Sequence record: OP589283.1
Reading direction: 5' to 3' (one strand)
DNA length: 64,000 nt
A program made the translations under genes and the position numbers. The notes beneath the pieces were generated by a model, which did not search any database, was not told the origin of the DNA, and worked only from the letters and a program-made list of their open reading frames with translations. The first letter of the stretch is position 1. Each line of letters opens with the position of its first letter. Shown here one piece after another: positions 1-11,239 of the stretch.

Positions 1-51
1 AAGTGAATAAATCAAACAATGTTGTTTGATACTTACTTAAGGAATTCGATT

Positions 52-339
52 ATGAACACATTACCTTTTGTTTTACCAGAAAACTTAGAACAAGACATCG
101 CCGCTGTTGTTGCAATGACCGATTCAGAGAAAGTTAAATTGGCTGATGATTTGTTTGGTTATACAGAAACCTTGAAAGGCCAAATCAAAGATGAGACTTA
201 TGAAAAAATAATGTCTCGCTCTAAAGAGTTCAAAGAAGTTTTAATCGATATTTTCAAATGGGTGAAAGTTGGAATGACTCACGAAGATATTGGATTTAAG
301 ATGTTTCAAGAAGTATCTGCAAGAGGTATAAACAAATAA
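52..339 (+). CDS. hypothetical protein
   Basis: ORF 19..339; ATG at 52 has AAGGA RBS; followed by a terminator hairpin. Confidence 0.7.
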   Translation: MNTLPFVLPENLEQDIAAVVAMTDSEKVKLADDLFGYTETLKGQIKDETYEKIMSRSKEFKEVLIDIFKWVKVGMTHEDIGFKMFQEVSARGINK

Positions 340-343
340 TTCA

Positions 344-381
344 TAATAGCTGCTACTCCCAATTGGGAGTAGCAGCTATTA
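344..381. terminator. bidirectional intrinsic terminator (38-bp perfect palindrome)
   Basis: TAATAGCTGCTACTCCCAATTGGGAGTAGCAGCTATTA between convergent genes, T-run follows. Confidence 0.85.
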
Positions 382-401
382 GTTATTTTTTTTTGTTTAC
401 A

Positions 402-2135
402 TTACTGCGGTTCAGCGACCTTTGGTGTAACACCAGTCATCGCCAATTGCAACATTTGACCGCCGGGTAAACTTCTTAACCAATAAAGGTTGTGTGTATA
501 CCCTTTGTTCACCACACTGGAAATACGATAAGGCGTTTCCCAATTGTCTAAGTTGAACTGGTGTAGATTACCATCCAGCGTTTCAAATAGAACATGTGTT
601 GGTGTAGGTGCTTGCGTTTCATCAAACGTAATGTAGCTTGGTAACACTGGCCAATACAACGCATTCAATAAGGCTTCTTTTGATTCGAAACCAGAGAAGT
701 CTACGTCATAGTTACTACCGGGAACATAAGGAAGTTTAAACGCAGTATAAGCAGGTTTAGTATAGTCATACTTAATCCGCCACTGTGCAGTATCAACCAA
801 GAAATTCCCTAACAGGACAATCGTTGTATGTTGGACATGAATGTAACTTTCATACGCAGGTGAAACATCGCGTAGATTGATATTGAAAATCATGTTCTGT
901 TCAACACCATACAACGTACCCGCCCAGACTGGAGATTGTTCGTTAATACTAACGTGTTGTGTCACATCACGACGAATCTCGCGGTCGAGGTCATACAAGT
1001 AGTGTTTCAACATGTAACGACTGTTTGCAAAATCCCACTGAGGCACAGTGTACAACTTAGGACTGTATGCACCACGTAACGCAGTTGCTTCAATCGTGTA
1101 AAGTTGTTTCATGTGGAACGGGCTACCGGGTTCAGCCATGTAAGCCTGCTCATCTGGACTGAACTTATAAATCAATACCAATTCAGCAGTTTGACCAGGA
1201 TACTTAGGACGATACTCAGAAACCCCTTCTAATGCAAAGCGGTCTCCATTCACAGGTAAAATTTCAAATGTGTTATCTGAATAAACTACCTTACCTCTGA
1301 ACTCAATGCTGGATAACACTGTGTTGATAGGTAACAGAATTTTCTCGGCATTAGTACTGTCAGTAAACCAAGGAGAAATTAACTCGATGGTTTTAACGTA
1401 CTTCATTGCAACAGAATGGTCGCGTAAGTAAGCAGTTTGACTTACCATCAGTGGCTGTACTGGAGGAATAAAGTTACCCCCTTCATCAAAGAAGACTAAC
1501 GTACAGCGAGCACCGTCTTCCAGCTCATGGCTGTTAGCAGTTACACTGAAACCACCTGTGGTGAAGATGGTACGGTTGTCTAATTGACTTAGTGCAGCCA
1601 GCACAGTAGGAACCCGATTAGATAACAAGTTACCCGCGGTGTCATACTGAGCAGAAATGATAGTGCCGTTTTTGCTAACGTCGTTACCACGATACACCAG
1701 TGCATATGCAGCACCGGGACGCATTATGGTGGCGTCGACACGAGCCACGTTAGGGCGCACGCTATAATCAATAGACAACATAGCTTCACCAGCCAAAGGC
1801 CCGCCTCTAACACCAAAGATAGTATCTTGGTCATAAGTAGCCTCCTCGGTAACGTTATTAAACGCCCAAGGGCTTAGCGTTGTTTTGTAATCCCCTTCTA
1901 CGTCAACATGAGAAGCGAAATGAATGCGACCGTTAGGCACATCAAAAACAAGTTCGCCTTCATTAGGAACGACGTATAACTGAATTTCATCTTTACTGTG
2001 AACATCCGGATTAAAAATTTGTTCGATATAATGGAAACGACTGCGTTGTCCATTACTGGCATTGGAGACATTAGTGGTCGGTATTTGAGCTGAAGCTACC
2101 GTACTAGGTGTCTTATTAAAAATAGATTGTGTCAT
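402..2135 (-). CDS. phiKZ-like virion structural (tail/baseplate region) protein
   Basis: 577-aa beta-rich ORF in the operon divergent from the tail sheath; function inferred from context. Confidence 0.55.
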   Translation of the reverse strand: MTQSIFNKTPSTVASAQIPTTNVSNASNGQRSRFHYIEQIFNPDVHSKDEIQLYVVPNEGELVFDVPNGRIHFASHVDVEGDYKTTLSPWAFNNVTEEATYDQDTIFGVRGGPLAGEAMLSIDYSVRPNVARVDATIMRPGAAYALVYRGNDVSKNGTIISAQYDTAGNLLSNRVPTVLAALSQLDNRTIFTTGGFSVTANSHELEDGARCTLVFFDEGGNFIPPVQPLMVSQTAYLRDHSVAMKYVKTIELISPWFTDSTNAEKILLPINTVLSSIEFRGKVVYSDNTFEILPVNGDRFALEGVSEYRPKYPGQTAELVLIYKFSPDEQAYMAEPGSPFHMKQLYTIEATALRGAYSPKLYTVPQWDFANSRYMLKHYLYDLDREIRRDVTQHVSINEQSPVWAGTLYGVEQNMIFNINLRDVSPAYESYIHVQHTTIVLLGNFLVDTAQWRIKYDYTKPAYTAFKLPYVPGSNYDVDFSGFESKEALLNALYWPVLPSYITFDETQAPTPTHVLFETLDGNLHQFNLDNWETPYRISSVVNKGYTHNLYWLRSLPGGQMLQLAMTGVTPKVAEPQ

Positions 2136-4786
2136 GGTGTAACCTCAAAATGACCACGAATTTTGCACACTCCTTTTAAGTAGAGTTTATTCACTAGCTC
2201 AATAAACAATAGTTGGTCAGGAGTAACAGCAATCGTGTCCAAATTAGCATAAGGGAAAATATCGAAGAATCGTAAATCGAAATTTAGAATTACTGGGTCA
2301 ACCGCAAGCAGATATTCATACGTGCTTAACGTTTGTTGAATGCTTTGGTTGGTAAACGTGGTACCTGATTTCTCAGGCAGGGTAAGTACTCCTAATTTAA
2401 TATCGTTAACCACTTTATTTAAAAATGTTGAAAATAATGCGTAACGATCTAACTGGGTACCTTTACCTAATGGTTCGTCTTTATTGAGAATGGACGTGAG
2501 GTACTGACTGACTCGTTCATCTAACTCTCGTGCAGCATCGTAACCATAACGGCTGTTTGCTGGATGAGGTCCCCATCGCACATCTTGATAGATGTGTTTT
2601 ACCATGTAGGGTTTACCTTCCAAACTGGCTGGAAGCAGTGTGCCTTTGTCCGTCTCAGTGTTAGCCACCTTTTCAATGGGAAACACTTTACCGCCAATAA
2701 CACATTTCACATTTCGATAATCTCGAGGATTGTGAATTTCCGTGTTGCCAATTTTACCATTCTCAACAAATCCCAGTTCGGTTTCGTACTTAGGATTGTC
2801 GATATCTTTTGTTGTGCCGTAACCAATCACGGTGATTTGTTGGGCTCCCGGTACGAGATACTCTCTATTAAAAATAAAGAAGCGTCGCAATACAGGGTGA
2901 TAAACCCAATCCACGTTATCAATCAAATGATGACCATTGAGAATGATGTCATAGTTTGCCATGCTGATGTAAGAACGCATTCTATCTTGTTCGGTCAACA
3001 AGTCAAATAAACGGAAGCTCAACGTGTGGTCTAAATGATTTAGATTAAACGTCTTACCAGCAAAGCGGCTACTGGACGTAACGTACAGTTTATCCCCGTA
3101 AGGAAGATTAGGACCGTTGCGTACCGTTAACGTGCCGTCGTTATTATCAGTAATGACGTAATATGTTCCCTGCTTATCTGTAACATCCACCAGCTTCTCT
3201 AGGAAGTATTGGCTTGGGTTACTGAACTTACCGCTGTAAACACGTGTGTCACTGTATTCAAAGGTCAGTCCTTCGGCTCCCACTAAATCCCCGATATCTT
3301 GGTCAGGTAAACACACCCCACCCGGAATAAATTCCACCAAACGACAATTGCTGTTTTTGGGGAAATACCAATTGCTGTTGAACTGAATTAAAGATTCAAT
3401 CAATAACCCGTTCTCATCGTACTCGTTCGCTGTAGCCAATCGAGTGTTAGTGGATGTACTGCTACGACCGTAAGTAGGTGGAACAACGAACCCGGTATCG
3501 ATTAACGCAGGGGTCACTTCGAACATGTTTTTAGCCAACACCTGAGACACACCGTTATACCCAATTGCATTATAAATGCTTTCATACGTCAGGTTTTCAC
3601 CTTGTGAAGAGACTACATTAATAAAGTCGGATTGTTCTAACTGGTTTGCTGTCCATTCAGGCAACGAGCTTAACCCACCTGTCATCGCATTAAGTATATC
3701 CGCGTCATTCATACGGTACAAATAATGCAACGCGTTACTGGCATGTTTAATTTCAAACTGATTAACTACGTTTCTCACAAACACAATAATCCGGAGTTTA
3801 TCAGAGTATTCATTATACTTAGGTAGTTTAGAAGCCTGAGTAATGATTTGGTCATGCGCTAACGCACAGTCTTTATGAGTTAACTGTCTGACTGCGGTTT
3901 CACTGTTACGGTGAAAATATGTTCCATAACCATCCGGCGTTGTGATGTAATAATCGTTATCGTCAAAGTACCGTAATGAAAAATCCCCTTCCACTTTTGG
4001 AGGGTGAAGAATGACTTTTCGTTTTTGGTCTCGTTCAGAATAGAAATCTTTCAGACTATCTACCAAGTAACTTTCTAACGACGTTACAGTAGGGTCATGC
4101 CAGATTTCAACGATATCGCCCACAACCAATGGTAGCGCAGTAGGTGCCATTAAAGTAAAGATGCCGTTATGATAACAATATGTCACACCCGATTTAGCTT
4201 TTAACTTATTCCAGTGACTCATAAACGTGAGAAGTTCTGAACTGGATTCATACGTCATGGTGATGTGTGAATATGGATTATCTTTATCCATGTCAGTATT
4301 ACCAAAACGGTCTACTGGTACAGTAGGAGTGTAACAACGGAAATACCATTCATCCCCAACCTGTAATGGGATTTGAGTAGTTTTCTCTAACGCGATTAAC
4401 GTTACCCCGTCATAAGACATCAACACCCATGCTTTGTTTTTAGGAAACTGTAAACCAAATCCATTGTAAATATCGATTTGCATTCCACGTGTGGTAGATA
4501 GACTACTCACTTTCACCCAACGGTCTAATGGGTTACGTGTTTTAAAGAATTCAGCGAACCCCCAATATCCTGGGTCAATACCACCGACGGTGTATACTTG
4601 ATAAAAACCTTTACTGGTTGGCAAGTCTCTCCAACTTCCCAAATAACGAAAATTACCCGCATATCCCAGTTCAGGGGATATACGGGGAATATGTACTTGG
4701 TATTGTAAATCTTTTTCGGGTTGTGCCCAAAGGTTTTTAATCGCATATACAGTTAGTGGGTGGTTACCATCTAACGGTATAGTCAT
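2132..4786 (-). CDS. phiKZ-like virion structural protein
   Basis: 884-aa ORF, 4-bp overlap with the next gene, same structural operon. Confidence 0.55.
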   Translation of the reverse strand: MTIPLDGNHPLTVYAIKNLWAQPEKDLQYQVHIPRISPELGYAGNFRYLGSWRDLPTSKGFYQVYTVGGIDPGYWGFAEFFKTRNPLDRWVKVSSLSTTRGMQIDIYNGFGLQFPKNKAWVLMSYDGVTLIALEKTTQIPLQVGDEWYFRCYTPTVPVDRFGNTDMDKDNPYSHITMTYESSSELLTFMSHWNKLKAKSGVTYCYHNGIFTLMAPTALPLVVGDIVEIWHDPTVTSLESYLVDSLKDFYSERDQKRKVILHPPKVEGDFSLRYFDDNDYYITTPDGYGTYFHRNSETAVRQLTHKDCALAHDQIITQASKLPKYNEYSDKLRIIVFVRNVVNQFEIKHASNALHYLYRMNDADILNAMTGGLSSLPEWTANQLEQSDFINVVSSQGENLTYESIYNAIGYNGVSQVLAKNMFEVTPALIDTGFVVPPTYGRSSTSTNTRLATANEYDENGLLIESLIQFNSNWYFPKNSNCRLVEFIPGGVCLPDQDIGDLVGAEGLTFEYSDTRVYSGKFSNPSQYFLEKLVDVTDKQGTYYVITDNNDGTLTVRNGPNLPYGDKLYVTSSSRFAGKTFNLNHLDHTLSFRLFDLLTEQDRMRSYISMANYDIILNGHHLIDNVDWVYHPVLRRFFIFNREYLVPGAQQITVIGYGTTKDIDNPKYETELGFVENGKIGNTEIHNPRDYRNVKCVIGGKVFPIEKVANTETDKGTLLPASLEGKPYMVKHIYQDVRWGPHPANSRYGYDAARELDERVSQYLTSILNKDEPLGKGTQLDRYALFSTFLNKVVNDIKLGVLTLPEKSGTTFTNQSIQQTLSTYEYLLAVDPVILNFDLRFFDIFPYANLDTIAVTPDQLLFIELVNKLYLKGVCKIRGHFEVTP

Positions 4787-4797
4787 TTTAACACCCT

Positions 4798-5664
4798 TTA
4801 AATATCGTACGCATAATTCAAGGTTTTGGTCATTTCTTCAATACGCTGTTTATCACGGCGTTGGTCAATAACCATACCAATATTTGTTTTAGCAAAAATG
4901 TTATTGTTTAGGATAGCATACGTTAATGCAGTCATTAAACAAGGACATTCTGCTGCCGCAGAAATTACATGAGGTCCCACGCTGCTAAATGCTAATTTAC
5001 TGATGACACTTAAGAAATCTTTTAAATCCAATTTATGCAGTTTGAATAGCATGGGATGGTTTTTGATTTCTTTTAATAAATCGTTAATCCCCAACATGGG
5101 TTCAACTTCTTCAATAAATAAAGAAGCAGACTGGATAGCTTGGGTTTCACGTGCAATGTTGTCAGCGACAAAATGCAGATTAGTGGTAGCATGGTTTTCA
5201 GAAATACACACCCAATAAAAAACCAATAAGGCTTTCAAGGCAGTTTCTTCTTCAACGTTTAATCCAGCACGTCTTACCAATGCAGAAGCAAGTGCAGAGA
5301 CAAATCCCTTTACCACCAGATAACGAGTTGATTTTAAAATACTCACGTTACCAATCACTGCGTCTTGTTGTAAGTACGCACAAATTCGCATCATCTGCTC
5401 TTCGGCAATGTTTAATACCGCGTTGCTTTTACTGATAAAAGGACGCTTATCATAAACGGTAATCCACTCACCATAATTTGTTTTTAGTGTAATGGGGAAA
5501 CTAAAAGGAGGAACTGCCATTACACTGTGGTCAATACAAAAAACATTTTTCTTTGTTGTTTCGACCAGGCGAGAGGTGAGTTCCAGTGTTTTAATTGTTT
5601 GTTCTACTTGCTCAGTTACCTTGTAGATTTTACCGGGTAACGAGTCATGTGGGTTGATGATCAT
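4798..5664 (-). CDS. conserved phiKZ-like protein, probably virion-associated
   Basis: 288-aa ORF with GGAG RBS, first gene of the operon divergent from the sheath. Confidence 0.5.
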   Translation of the reverse strand: MIINPHDSLPGKIYKVTEQVEQTIKTLELTSRLVETTKKNVFCIDHSVMAVPPFSFPITLKTNYGEWITVYDKRPFISKSNAVLNIAEEQMMRICAYLQQDAVIGNVSILKSTRYLVVKGFVSALASALVRRAGLNVEEETALKALLVFYWVCISENHATTNLHFVADNIARETQAIQSASLFIEEVEPMLGINDLLKEIKNHPMLFKLHKLDLKDFLSVISKLAFSSVGPHVISAAAECPCLMTALTYAILNNNIFAKTNIGMVIDQRRDKQRIEEMTKTLNYAYDI

Positions 5665-5825
5665 TTTTACTCCCTTTACGATTCCGGGTCATGTTGAAAT
5701 TTTATGTGGTTTAACATCACTGAATAAAGCTTTCGTATAACTAAACTAATCATACGATTAGGCGGTTGTACACCATACTTTTTTGATCAAAAAGTTATAG
5801 ACTTCTTCAAACTTCGAGGTTATAT

Positions 5826-8018
5826 ATGTCCACTTTACAAATTGTACCTGGTCATGTACAGAACTTTGGTATCCGGGATATGTCGATTCCGACGTATAAT
5901 CCTGAAATGGCTACCTTTGCTCTGCATGCACCAGTGATTCACTTGATTACCCCTAAGGGTCGTCTCGCAAAAGACCACGGCACACAATGGATTCGCACTG
6001 CGGACTTTGTGGGTTTATTCGGTGATATTTCTAAACCAAACACGCCTTACTACGGCCCTGCTTCAAAATTAATTGAGGCGTTGGCAGCAGCTGGCCAAAG
6101 TTCCATCGGTATTCGTTCACTTAGTGCCAACAAAGAAGTAGCTCGTATCCAGCTTGTTGCTGTTGTGACGATGGACCCCGATGTCCCTATTTACAAGCGT
6201 GATTTCTCAGGTCAGTACCTTCGTGATCCGGATGGTGACAAAGTACAAGATGGTGTTAAAACCGTTCAAGGTGCGCGTGTATCTATTGTTCCTGAATTAG
6301 TGGAAATGGGTAGCCGTCCAGGTCAGCTAGAATTCGAACAAACAATCGGTGACGGCGGTTTGAACGACGATGGTCTTCCTATGGAAGGTGGTGGTCCTAC
6401 TATCTATAAATTCCCCCTAGTGGAATTTATTGGTGGTGTGGGAGATTACTACAACGCATGTGGTATGAATCTGGGTGTTAAACAAGGCTCATTAAACCGT
6501 AAAGCCACTGCTGCGTTCGTTGAAGCTACCGGTATCTATCCTTTCAGTTTCCGTATGTTTGAAGATTTGGCTTCTGGTTTCCGTAACTACGTTAAGACAG
6601 TAGCAGGTGCCGAAAGTTCAGATTTGACTCTGTTTGAAACAACTTACAACAACGTACGTTACAGCCCTGTTGATGCGGTAGGTGCTTACACCAACGGTAA
6701 CATCAACCGTCAAGTTGCTATCCGTAGCTGCCCAATCAATGATGTTGTTGTTTACAAAGAGCATATTGAATCTCTTTGCCAACTACTGTGGGGTTTAGAG
6801 AACCAAGTTATCGACAAACGTCTTCTTTCGTTTGAACATTATCCTTGGCGTCAAATGAACCCGTTCACCTGCCAAGACCACACTGGTGCGCCTTATCATT
6901 CAATCATTGAAGAAGAGCCAGGTCTGTGGGACACCACTCATGCTGTAAACTGTAATGGTGGCGTTAGTCGTTTTTTCACTAATGAAGGTTTGCCATTAGA
7001 AGGTGCTGAGCCTCCAGCGGTTAACGACACATTCCTGTTTATGGGTGATGTTGAAAATCCATTCACTTATCGTGAAGGTTGGATTACGTCTAACAAGCTT
7101 ATCGAAGCCGATTTAAAGGTTTACGTTGATTCGTTGGAAATGGAAGACTATATCCGTAACCGCCAATCAGTCTTCTGGGATATCGGTTACACCGAAGAAG
7201 TCAAAGAAGTCGCGATGCAGTTGCTGGGTAAACGCAAAGACATCATCGTTGTGCCGGACGGTACCGTTTGGGACCCATCAGGTAAGATGAACCCTGTCGC
7301 TGAAGTGTACGGTCGCATCCAAAGCTTGGTCAGTTCAGTACGTATGTATCCTGAATCTGAAGAATGGGGTACTGCGGCATGCCGTAGTTCAATCAACGCG
7401 ATTGAAGCGAAAATCATCAACGAAGCAACACACAGCTATTTCTCTGGTAACATTGATTTGGCTTATGCGTTTGCATTGTTCGCTGGTGCAGCTAACGGTA
7501 CAGTAACACCATCCGCTTCACCTGACCACGGCATTAACCGCGTACTTCGTTTGATGCATGCACCTAACATCGAGTTCGAAGGTTCTACTGTTGCAGCGGA
7601 TAACTTCAATAACGGTGCGGTGACTTTACGTCCTTATGACGTTACTGGTGCATTCTTCCGTCCTTCTTTGGTTACTGTTTACCAAACTTCTGCTGATAGC
7701 GTGCTGAAAGATTTGGTGACCAACTTCCTTTGCGTCTGTATGGAAAAGATCGCTCAAGACCAATGGAACTTGGTTGTGGGTGACACCAGCATTTCAGCAG
7801 AGAACTATGCGGCCGAAACCAAGGATCGTATCGAACGTAAATGTCGTGATGCGTTAGGTGGTATCCCTAAACAAATCAATGCAGAGTGTTGGTATAACGA
7901 AGCCCAACCAGGTGGTCGTGCAGTTATGAATGCTCGCATTCATGCATGGTTCAACAAAGGCAAGTACATGATGAACCTTGACTTGTTCGCTTACAATGAA
8001 GAAGACTTAACAGTTTAA
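5826..8018 (+). CDS. contractile tail sheath protein (phiKZ gp29-like)
   Basis: 730 aa, GAGG RBS, sheath-like C-terminal region, directly upstream of a ~300-aa tube-sized gene. Confidence 0.8.
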   Translation: MSTLQIVPGHVQNFGIRDMSIPTYNPEMATFALHAPVIHLITPKGRLAKDHGTQWIRTADFVGLFGDISKPNTPYYGPASKLIEALAAAGQSSIGIRSLSANKEVARIQLVAVVTMDPDVPIYKRDFSGQYLRDPDGDKVQDGVKTVQGARVSIVPELVEMGSRPGQLEFEQTIGDGGLNDDGLPMEGGGPTIYKFPLVEFIGGVGDYYNACGMNLGVKQGSLNRKATAAFVEATGIYPFSFRMFEDLASGFRNYVKTVAGAESSDLTLFETTYNNVRYSPVDAVGAYTNGNINRQVAIRSCPINDVVVYKEHIESLCQLLWGLENQVIDKRLLSFEHYPWRQMNPFTCQDHTGAPYHSIIEEEPGLWDTTHAVNCNGGVSRFFTNEGLPLEGAEPPAVNDTFLFMGDVENPFTYREGWITSNKLIEADLKVYVDSLEMEDYIRNRQSVFWDIGYTEEVKEVAMQLLGKRKDIIVVPDGTVWDPSGKMNPVAEVYGRIQSLVSSVRMYPESEEWGTAACRSSINAIEAKIINEATHSYFSGNIDLAYAFALFAGAANGTVTPSASPDHGINRVLRLMHAPNIEFEGSTVAADNFNNGAVTLRPYDVTGAFFRPSLVTVYQTSADSVLKDLVTNFLCVCMEKIAQDQWNLVVGDTSISAENYAAETKDRIERKCRDALGGIPKQINAECWYNEAQPGGRAVMNARIHAWFNKGKYMMNLDLFAYNEEDLTV

Positions 8019-8037
8019 GTCTTAGGGGAAGAAACAA

Positions 8038-8937
8038 ATGGCAACTAACGCTCCTCATCGCACGAACGCCACTTTGCTTAGTGCAAGTGATGCTTTCGTT
8101 AATGCAATGGACCTATCCGCCCGCCCGGTGATTAACGGTGCTGTCGGTGGTATGTGGGGTTGGGCTGGCAATATTTTCGAATATGTCAGCGCTCAACCTC
8201 ATATTCAACAACAATCGTTTTGTATTGTGTTGAACACTCCTTCTTTCTTCAGCAAACTGCCAGGCGGTAACGCACTACACTCACTGTGTAAAGCGTTCTT
8301 TGAAAACCGTACTCAGAGCTTTGAAGGTCTACGTGAACAAACTGAAGTTAACTTCGGTGAAATCCGTTGGGCGGGTGGTCACACGCTGAGTATTCCTGCG
8401 GGCAGTACTCGTAGTTTAGGCGTACCTACTCACACTGTTATTGATGCTGAAGGTGAAGTATTCACCAAGATGATCAAAACGTGGGTAGAATGGGGTCTGA
8501 TGGACCCTAAAATCCTAAACGCTAAATTGGTTACGTTAAATGACCCCGGTGACATGTTGATTGATGACATTTCATTGTCAGCCATTTACTTTGAACCAAC
8601 GCGTAACTTACGTGATATTTCTCACGCTCAGTTAGCCGTTGCGGTCATGCCAAAGAACACGGTACCTATTGAACTTCGTCGTAACAAAGAAGATGAAGGT
8701 AAGATTCGTATCATCAACCAAGAGTTTGTGGCGTGTATTGAATCAGACACATTAGCCGTGAAAGAAATTGCACGTGCTATGTTGAAACAAATGAGTTTCT
8801 ATAACCCTGATGCAATTGCGGCTCCTGCTGGTTTCAAATCACGTACAAGCATCCTGACCAGTTTAACTGACTCAGGCACAATTGAACGTATGAAAGACCA
8901 AAAGGCGCAAGTCGCTAACCAAAACTACATTGGTTAA
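8038..8937 (+). CDS. tail tube protein (phiKZ gp30-like)
   Basis: 299 aa, follows the sheath, strong terminator after it. Confidence 0.75.
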   Translation: MATNAPHRTNATLLSASDAFVNAMDLSARPVINGAVGGMWGWAGNIFEYVSAQPHIQQQSFCIVLNTPSFFSKLPGGNALHSLCKAFFENRTQSFEGLREQTEVNFGEIRWAGGHTLSIPAGSTRSLGVPTHTVIDAEGEVFTKMIKTWVEWGLMDPKILNAKLVTLNDPGDMLIDDISLSAIYFEPTRNLRDISHAQLAVAVMPKNTVPIELRRNKEDEGKIRIINQEFVACIESDTLAVKEIARAMLKQMSFYNPDAIAAPAGFKSRTSILTSLTDSGTIERMKDQKAQVANQNYIG

Positions 8938-8956
8938 TCTGTTCGTTAATTAGTCT

Positions 8957-8988
8957 CTCAGGTTACTTCCGGAAGGAGGTAACCTGAG
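8957..8988 (+). terminator. intrinsic terminator
   Basis: CTCAGGTTACTTCC-GGAA-GGAGGTAACCTGAG then TACTTTT. Confidence 0.8.
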
Positions 8989-9032
8989 TACTTTTAATGC
9001 TATGTTTATTTTTTAAGCGGGCAGAGGTTTTT

Positions 9033-9878
9033 ATGAACTGTGTGGATTACGCCATTAACTACGTCATGAACAGTGACGTTGATGATTATTTATTAAAATT
9101 GGCATTTGAAAATCCCAATTCTGGATTTACGGGTAACTGGTATGCGCTGGTTACTAACAATACGGTTTCTCAAGGTATCCGAGAAAAAGTAATACATCAA
9201 ACGATTTTACCTGCCTGTAACGTCATGGGAGGTAAAACAGAGTTTATTGATTTAACAGGGGCGTTTAAACGGGACATTGGTAGTAACTGTATTGAAGTTA
9301 ACGTACCAGACGCATTAACGGGCGGACGACACATCATTGATGTCGAACAAGTTTATTTAGGTACGATGACTACTGTACCTGCTGCAACAGGTGTAGGGAT
9401 TAACTCCAACATTGGTTGTGGTGGTGGTGTATTGAATGAAATGATGCAAGGCATGATTGGGTCATTATCAGGTAACGTAAACATTCCTCCTACGTACACC
9501 AATATTCATATGTTGGGTAACAACAGTTTTGTGATTGTAGGTTGCAACAACGGCACCAATTCATTAACCGCTAAATGTCTAATGGAATACGATGCCGGAT
9601 TAAGCAGCATCCATCCTCGTGCTTACCAAGCGTTTTCAGAGATGGTGTTATTAGCAGTCAAAGCGTTTATTTTCCGTAACTGCCGTCGACCTGCTCAAGA
9701 AGCGGTTATTCGTAGCGGTGTTCCGATTGATGAAATTAAAGACGACATCAACGAGTATCGGGATTGTTGGCAACAGTACAACGAATATCTAAATACGACA
9801 TGGACTAAGTATATGGCGTATTCAGATAGCCAAAAGATTTTCGACAACATTAACATGACGGTTCCAAGCCGTCTTTAG
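9033..9878 (+). CDS. conserved phiKZ-like virion protein
   Basis: ORF 8997..9878; ATG 9033 has GAGG RBS; position after the tube gene. Confidence 0.55.
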   Translation: MNCVDYAINYVMNSDVDDYLLKLAFENPNSGFTGNWYALVTNNTVSQGIREKVIHQTILPACNVMGGKTEFIDLTGAFKRDIGSNCIEVNVPDALTGGRHIIDVEQVYLGTMTTVPAATGVGINSNIGCGGGVLNEMMQGMIGSLSGNVNIPPTYTNIHMLGNNSFVIVGCNNGTNSLTAKCLMEYDAGLSSIHPRAYQAFSEMVLLAVKAFIFRNCRRPAQEAVIRSGVPIDEIKDDINEYRDCWQQYNEYLNTTWTKYMAYSDSQKIFDNINMTVPSRL

Positions 9879-9887
9879 GGGGCTGTC

Positions 9888-11228
9888 ATGGGTAAACCCT
9901 TTGAACCTACTGTATCGTTATTTGATTCAATTGAATCAAAAATAATCATCCCTGATGAATTATTAGAGTCGATTAATGGGTTAGAAGCACTTGGTGATAT
10001 TTCCGGTAACAAGATTTTTAAAGTCTGTGATAAACATGCCGCATTTATCGAGTTTGATAAAGAATGGGCTACCGCATTAAGAAAGTATGTGTTTAACTTC
10101 ACCACTCGACGAGAAGGCGGGGTAGATTACATGGATTTCTTTGGTAGTCCTTATTTAGGGTTACAAAAAATCGTATTTAAAACGGGTGACCGTAATGAAT
10201 GGTTTTCCACTGTTTTTGATATTGATGAATTGGAACTTAAAAAGGATATTACTGATTTAAAAATCATTGGGAAAGACTGGCATGTACTAAACGACATGTT
10301 CAACTTAACTATTCCCTATATTCTTCATCGGGTATTCCACAGTAAGTTAGATGAGAAAACTAAACATCAGGCAATGAAAGATATGTTGTCAATGTATCAA
10401 TACAAGTGTTTAACCAGTATTCTCAATAACGATTATCCTTGGACTGCATCTAAAGAAGTAGCGGTGGAAACGTATAACCAACTGAGTATGAAATTCGATT
10501 TAAAGAAATACGGCAGTTGGCGAGCGTTAATTGAAGCCCGCAGTGAAAACATCTTGGATAAACACACTGGTATTCACTATAACACCATTGTTACTATGTC
10601 ACCTGATAAAAAGGTACTCTACATGGTAGGTGACATCCAAGACCGACTCCGCGGAATGATTAACGATTTAAACACCGTTTTTCATAGTGTTAAAAATAAA
10701 ACGAACTTGATCAGTTTCGAAGGTAATAAAGTTACTTTAGAAGACGGTGAAGCACTTCGTTTTAATCAGAAAGAAGAACTCAAGTATAAAAACTACATTG
10801 AGCAAGTGTTGGTGGCTGAACGTGGTTTTTACAAAGAGGAATTGATTGACTATGCTGTCAAAGATATGGGATATGCTCCACGAGACAAATTAACCTACAT
10901 CATTGAAAACTTCCCTGCGTTATACAACAGCAAGAAGGGAGATGCTTACGTTAAACTGGTGGACGATATTATCGTTCATATGTTCGAGTATCTTCACGAG
11001 AAACAAGTCAATCGCATTAACCTGTATGAAGTATTGGTGAGGATGCGTGGTATTTATAATAGTCGCCGAGGAAACACTGACGAGTTGATTTCTTTACGGG
11101 ACAGAGGGGATGAACTGGTGAAAACGCTTACTGGTATTAAAACTCCTATTACTGTTACCGGGCTCCGCACTAGCTTCTTACTTTATATCGTGTTACGCAC
11201 ACTCACTCGGGAACATTATTCTGAGTAA
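9888..11228 (+). CDS. conserved phiKZ-like protein (probably structural)
   Basis: 446-aa ORF, GGGGG RBS, same operon. Confidence 0.5.
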   Translation: MGKPFEPTVSLFDSIESKIIIPDELLESINGLEALGDISGNKIFKVCDKHAAFIEFDKEWATALRKYVFNFTTRREGGVDYMDFFGSPYLGLQKIVFKTGDRNEWFSTVFDIDELELKKDITDLKIIGKDWHVLNDMFNLTIPYILHRVFHSKLDEKTKHQAMKDMLSMYQYKCLTSILNNDYPWTASKEVAVETYNQLSMKFDLKKYGSWRALIEARSENILDKHTGIHYNTIVTMSPDKKVLYMVGDIQDRLRGMINDLNTVFHSVKNKTNLISFEGNKVTLEDGEALRFNQKEELKYKNYIEQVLVAERGFYKEELIDYAVKDMGYAPRDKLTYIIENFPALYNSKKGDAYVKLVDDIIVHMFEYLHEKQVNRINLYEVLVRMRGIYNSRRGNTDELISLRDRGDELVKTLTGIKTPITVTGLRTSFLLYIVLRTLTREHYSE

Positions 11229-11239
11229 GAAGGAGAATT